Shown: piece after piece, positions 59,797-64,000 of the stretch
Position numbering within the stretch: position 1 is the stretch's first letter
How the letters are laid out: every line of letters begins with the position of its first letter
Origin: an uncultured delta proteobacterium
Lineage (GTDB): Bacteria > Desulfobacterota > Binatia > UBA9968
Reading direction: 5' to 3'
Length of the DNA stretch: 64,000 nucleotides
Assembly (NCBI GenBank): GCA_963804165.1
Contig: CAWDPO010000033.1
Coordinates: forward strand, 43,846-107,845
Program-made: the position numbers and the translations under genes
The notes under the pieces: generated by a model
Told to the model about the DNA's origin: nothing
Database searches by the model: none
What the model saw: only the letters and a program-made list of their open reading frames with translations

Positions 59797-60831
59797 TCAC
59801 TGGCCGAATATTTCTCGCATCAGCTTGGCGTACTCGACGATGTTTTCGCCGAGCTCGGGGCTCACGGGGACCATCTGGAGCCCTCTGGCCTTAGTCATCT
59901 GTTCCTGCATCAGCTCCACGCGCGCGAGATATCGCCCCAGCTCCGCGAGAGTTTTCTGTCCCTCCAGGGACAAGACAAAATCCACGTAGAGTCGTGCCGC
60001 ATTCGGATGTACCGGCTGGGACGCGATACCGATGCCGATCAGCGAAGCGGGCGCGGGCGGAAAAGCCACCCAATCGATGGGCGCGCCGCGCTTGCGCACC
60101 CGATCCACGGACGGAGCCGGAATATCGATATCCAAGGATGCCTCGCCGGCGGCCACTAGCTGGGCGATCAAATCGTGACCGATGCGGTTCATAATTTTCT
60201 GCTTGGCCAACTCCCTCATGTACTTCAACCCCTTTTCTTTGCCCATGACCTGCAGCACGCCGCCGAACCAATCCACCTTGGTCGGCTCCATCATCATTTT
60301 TCCCTGCCACATGGGGTGAAGCAGATCTTCGTATCGACGCGGCAGATTCTCTCTGCCGACCATACGAGAATTGTAGGCAACGACGTAGGGGTTGGTATAA
60401 ACCGTCGTCCAGTACCCTTCTTCTTTGTATTCCTTGCCGTAGTAGCCGTTTTCCGCAGAAAGGTAGTGGCCCAGCTGCTGATTCTTCTTAAGCGTGTGCA
60501 TGGCGAAGCCAAGAGTCTGGATGGCATCAGCAAAGGATTTTTTAGCTCTTGCCTCGATGAGTATTTTGGTAAGGAGCTTTTCACTGTCGGTTCGGTTGAC
60601 CTTAACTTTTACAAACGGATATTTTTGCTCGAAACGCGCGATCATCGTGTTGGTTTCTTCGAGATTCATGGACGCATAGAGAATCACCTCGCCTTCCTTC
60701 TTGGCGCCTTCAATCCATTGCTCCTTGCTTGCGGCTGCGGAAAACTGCGCGGTAGGAAGAGCCGCGACGAGCAAGACCCAAGGTGTGAGGGCCTTCAGGG
60801 TTTCTAGAATCCGCCTGGCCATGTAACCCAC
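59797..60831 (-). CDS. AfuA/FbpA-fold solute-binding protein, divergent paralog 14
   Basis: GAKKEGEVILY, YEDLLHPMWQGK, LVAAGE, GAPIDW and HPNAARLYVDFVLSLEGQ. Confidence 0.85.
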   Translation of the reverse strand: MGYMARRILETLKALTPWVLLVAALPTAQFSAAASKEQWIEGAKKEGEVILYASMNLEETNTMIARFEQKYPFVKVKVNRTDSEKLLTKILIEARAKKSFADAIQTLGFAMHTLKKNQQLGHYLSAENGYYGKEYKEEGYWTTVYTNPYVVAYNSRMVGRENLPRRYEDLLHPMWQGKMMMEPTKVDWFGGVLQVMGKEKGLKYMRELAKQKIMNRIGHDLIAQLVAAGEASLDIDIPAPSVDRVRKRGAPIDWVAFPPAPASLIGIGIASQPVHPNAARLYVDFVLSLEGQKTLAELGRYLARVELMQEQMTKARGLQMVPVSPELGENIVEYAKLMREIFGQ

Positions 60832-60899
60832 TTAGTAGCGCCGAGATCGCCGTGAAACAGAGTTCTCGATTGCCACTGCCCCAGAGTGACTAAACCTTA

Positions 60900-62580
60900 T
60901 TACTTTCCGGTCGTTGCCTTGCGCCGGCCGATGGCGGCTTCGCCTCTCGGACTGATCGCGCGCTCGACGGCGACATTCAACAGCGCAGGCCGGCCGGCGG
61001 CGAAGGCTCGCTCTAGCGCGGGCGCGAGATCTTCAGGCCGCTCGACAAATTCGCCATAACCACCCAACCCCTGCACGACTTGCTCGTAGCGGGTCTGGAG
61101 CAGATCCGTTGCGACTGAGCGACCGTAGAGACCGAGCTGAATTTGCCGGTCGATGCCCCAGGCTGAATCGTTCCCGAGTATGGCCACGATATTAAGTTTG
61201 TGGCGCACCGCGGTGTCGAATTCCATGGCGTTAAATCCGAACGCGCCGTCGCCGCTGAGCATGATCACGCGCGAGTCGGGATACGCGACTTTGGCGGCGA
61301 GCGCCTGGGGCAGCGAGGAACCTAACATGCCTAAGCTCGAGACGTAGAGCCAATGTTTGGGCTTGAGCGCGGGCAACAAGGAGCGTCCGAAATGGCAAAA
61401 GTCGCCGCCGTCGAAGACGAGGCAATCGTCCGGGTCGCAAAATCGATTGAATGGTTTTGTGGACGAACAAGGCGTGCATCGGGATCTTCGGCTGCGCCAG
61501 TTTTTCTGTCCACTCGGCCTGGGCGGCGCTCACCGCGCGCAATTCTTCGATCCACGGCAGTTCTTTCCAGACGTGGTTTGATGCTTCCCTGGTCAACTGC
61601 TCCAAGACGCTGGTGACGTCGCCGACCATGCCGACAGCGACGCCGCGATTGCGGCCAATCTCCAGGGGCGACGGATCGATCTGAATGATCTTGGCATCGG
61701 CGGAAACATGAGGCGGCCGACAAAAACCAATAACGAAATCCTGCTTGCGCCCCAAGAGTACGACCACGTCGGCGTCGCGGACTTTTGCCGCGGCGCGGTT
61801 CAAGCCGCGCTCGAAAAATCCGAAAGCGTACGGATGATCGTCGGGAATAAGTCCACGCGCCTGCTCTTCGGTCACGACCGGCACGCGCGTGGTTTCGACG
61901 AAACGCCGCAGAGCGTCGCCGGACAGCGTGTAACCAGCGGCGCAGCCGGCGATTGCCAGCGGCCTGCGCGCTTCGCGCAAGAGCGCGATGGCGCGGCGCA
62001 CGAGCTCAGCGTCCGCAGTCACTGATTCTCTAGGGCGATATTCTTCGGGTTTGACGAAGGCGATTTCATTTTCCTCGACGCTTTGCTCCTGCACGTCAAT
62101 GGGTATTGTCAGATGCACCGGCCCACGCCGTCCACTGAAAGCCAGACGCATCGCGCGCGCAATGAATTCAGGAATTCTTCGCGCGTCAGGAACCATGAAC
62201 GAGCCTTTGCACATCGGCGCGGCCATGGCGACCTGATCGATTTCCTGCTGCGCGCCGCGACCCAAGTCGTGCGCGTCAGCGCAGCCGGCGATGGAAATGA
62301 CCGGTCCCTCGGTATGCATCGCGTTGGTGAGGCCGGGAATCGCGTTGGCGAAGCCCGGCGTCGTGTACATGCAAACTCCCGGCTGCTCGGTGATCCGGCT
62401 CCAGGCATCGGCCATGTGAACGGCGGCTTGCTCATGACGCGTATCGATGATGCGGAAGTCTTGGTCCGCCATGACGTCCAGCAGCGGCAAGATGTGATCG
62501 CCGGCCAAGCCGAAAATATTTTTCACGCCTTCGAGTTGGAGCGCCTTGCAGACGAGATGACTTCCTGTGATTCGTGCCAT
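60900..62580 (-). CDS. ThDP-dependent enzyme (acetolactate synthase/2-hydroxyacyl-CoA lyase-like; frameshift near 61430)
   Basis: TRHEQAAVHMADAW, GPVHLTIPIDV and the GDGAFGF...N ThDP motif in the downstream frame. Confidence 0.88.
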
Positions 62581-62639
62581 GGATCGTCTCCTGAATCGTT
62601 AAAAGTTGTATCCTCTATAACATCGCCCAAGCGGTCATT

Positions 62640-63942
62640 CTATGGACAACTTGCCGGCGCGAGCATCGCCATGCGCTTTGTCCAGGGACGGATTAGGAAC
62701 AAAACCAGTAGCGTGGCGAACAGCAGCAGAGCGAGCAAGATCCACAAGACCGCCAGGTAACTCTGGGTGCGGTCGTAAATTGCGCCGGCCATGACGGGAC
62801 CGGCAAAACTTCCCCACATGTAGAAGAAACTCATCATGCCGCGGATCGTCGCGAAATTACGCCGGCCGAAAAAATCTCCTACGGTGGCCCAGATGATGGG
62901 AAACGACGCGTCCAAAAAAGTGAACGTCGTCGTGAACAGCAAGAGTTGCCAGTAACCTGAATCGACAAAAAGCGGTGGCAGAGAAAGCGCCGGAAGAAAA
63001 TGGCAAGCGGCTAAAAGTTTGGGTTTGTTCACGCGGTCGGCGATCCAACCGAGCAGGAAATGCGCCACCAAATTGATCGACGCAAACGCTCCGAGAAGGG
63101 TCGCGGCAGCTCCTTCGGATAAGCCTTTCCAAACCATCAATGGAATAAAGTGGACCGTCGCGGTGCTGTAACAGGTCACGCGCGCAGTCATCGAAATAAC
63201 CAGCAGCCAGAAAACCCAAGTTTTCATGGCTTGGCGGCTCGTGAAGTCGGCGATGGCATTATTGTCCGTTGCCGCATCTGCGCCAGCATTGCTGGCGGAA
63301 TTCGGCGGGGTGACTTCACCGTCCGGCCGCAGCCCCATACTTTCCGGCGAGCGCTTTAACTGAAAACTCAAAGGCAAGCAGACCAGCAAGAAGATGCAGC
63401 CCGAAGCAAATGCCGCCCACCGCCAACCCAGCGAAGCGACGCCGACAGCAAGCAACGGAGAGATCAAGGCGCCGCCGATGGGCACGGCAGCGCTCACGAC
63501 CGTCATTGCGCGAGCACGATGGCGAATGAACCAACTATTGGCGACCACCATGGGCGAGTGAACGAAGCCGGCAATGAATGCCAGGCAGATCACGCCGAGG
63601 TAGACGACCATGAAGCCGGCGTAGGTAGTCACCCAGGAAAGGAGGATGTAGCCAACACCCGCAAGAAAAACCGCCGTGACGATGATCGGCCGCGGGCCGT
63701 AACGGTCGATGAGATAACCCACGAGCGGCGCTTCGATCGCGCCTTGGGCGCGCGATAATGAAAACGCCAGCGAGGTTGCCGCGCGACTGATGCCGAGATC
63801 CTGGCTGATCGGCAGAAAGAAAACCGTGAAGCCAAACTGATGCAGCCCGCCGCCGACGATGCGAATGGCCGATACCAATCCGACCATGCGCCAGCCGTAA
63901 AAAATGCGCGAGGAAAAATTGGATATAAACTTTGCGACTCAT
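62640..63942 (-). CDS. MFS transporter (OFA/MCT-like); probable start 63942 with an indel in a homopolymer
   Basis: FYGWRMV, GYLIDRYGPR, WFIRHRARA, GWIADR and FFGRRNFATIRG. Confidence 0.87.
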
Positions 63943-64000
63943 GGCGGCGCGAGAAGTCACAGCGCCGACGTTATGTGATCGAAAGGTCGGGCGTCAAGGG

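Noticed and set aside
10095-63942. Programmed frameshifting or phase variation at the many frame breaks
   Set aside because: There is no shared slippery motif or long homopolymer. Only the IS3 AAAAAAG site fits a known programmed shift.

Overview
This is a 64-kb catabolic and transport supercluster from a GC-rich bacterium. The gene content and repeat style resemble Candidatus Binatia/Binatota soil genomes (inference, not tested). Positions 1-47057 are co-directional on + except an IS30 transposase. The window holds 14 paralogous AfuA/FbpA-fold substrate-binding proteins (SBPs) but only one matching permease and ATPase, and 7 phthalate-dioxygenase-like Rieske alpha subunits with no reductase. 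It also has 4 bicupins, 2 UbiD decarboxylases (no UbiX), 2 Gfo/Idh/MocA dihydrodiol-dehydrogenase-like genes and a LigB-type ring-cleavage dioxygenase. Other genes are 4 NMT1/SsuA-type and 2 ABC_sub_bind SBPs, 2 signal-less His-rich SBP-fold proteins (candidate enzymes) plus a 53-aa remnant of that family, several accessory enzymes and 2 MFS transporters. No transcriptional regulator is seen. Spacers carry several REP-like palindrome families, short tandem arrays, IS-end-flanked mini-elements that enclose REP doublets, an IS3 inserted in a hairpin and an IS30 inserted in a dRS3-like REP. About 15 genes are split by single-base indels, most likely long-read errors. All family calls come from motif recognition by eye; no database search was run.
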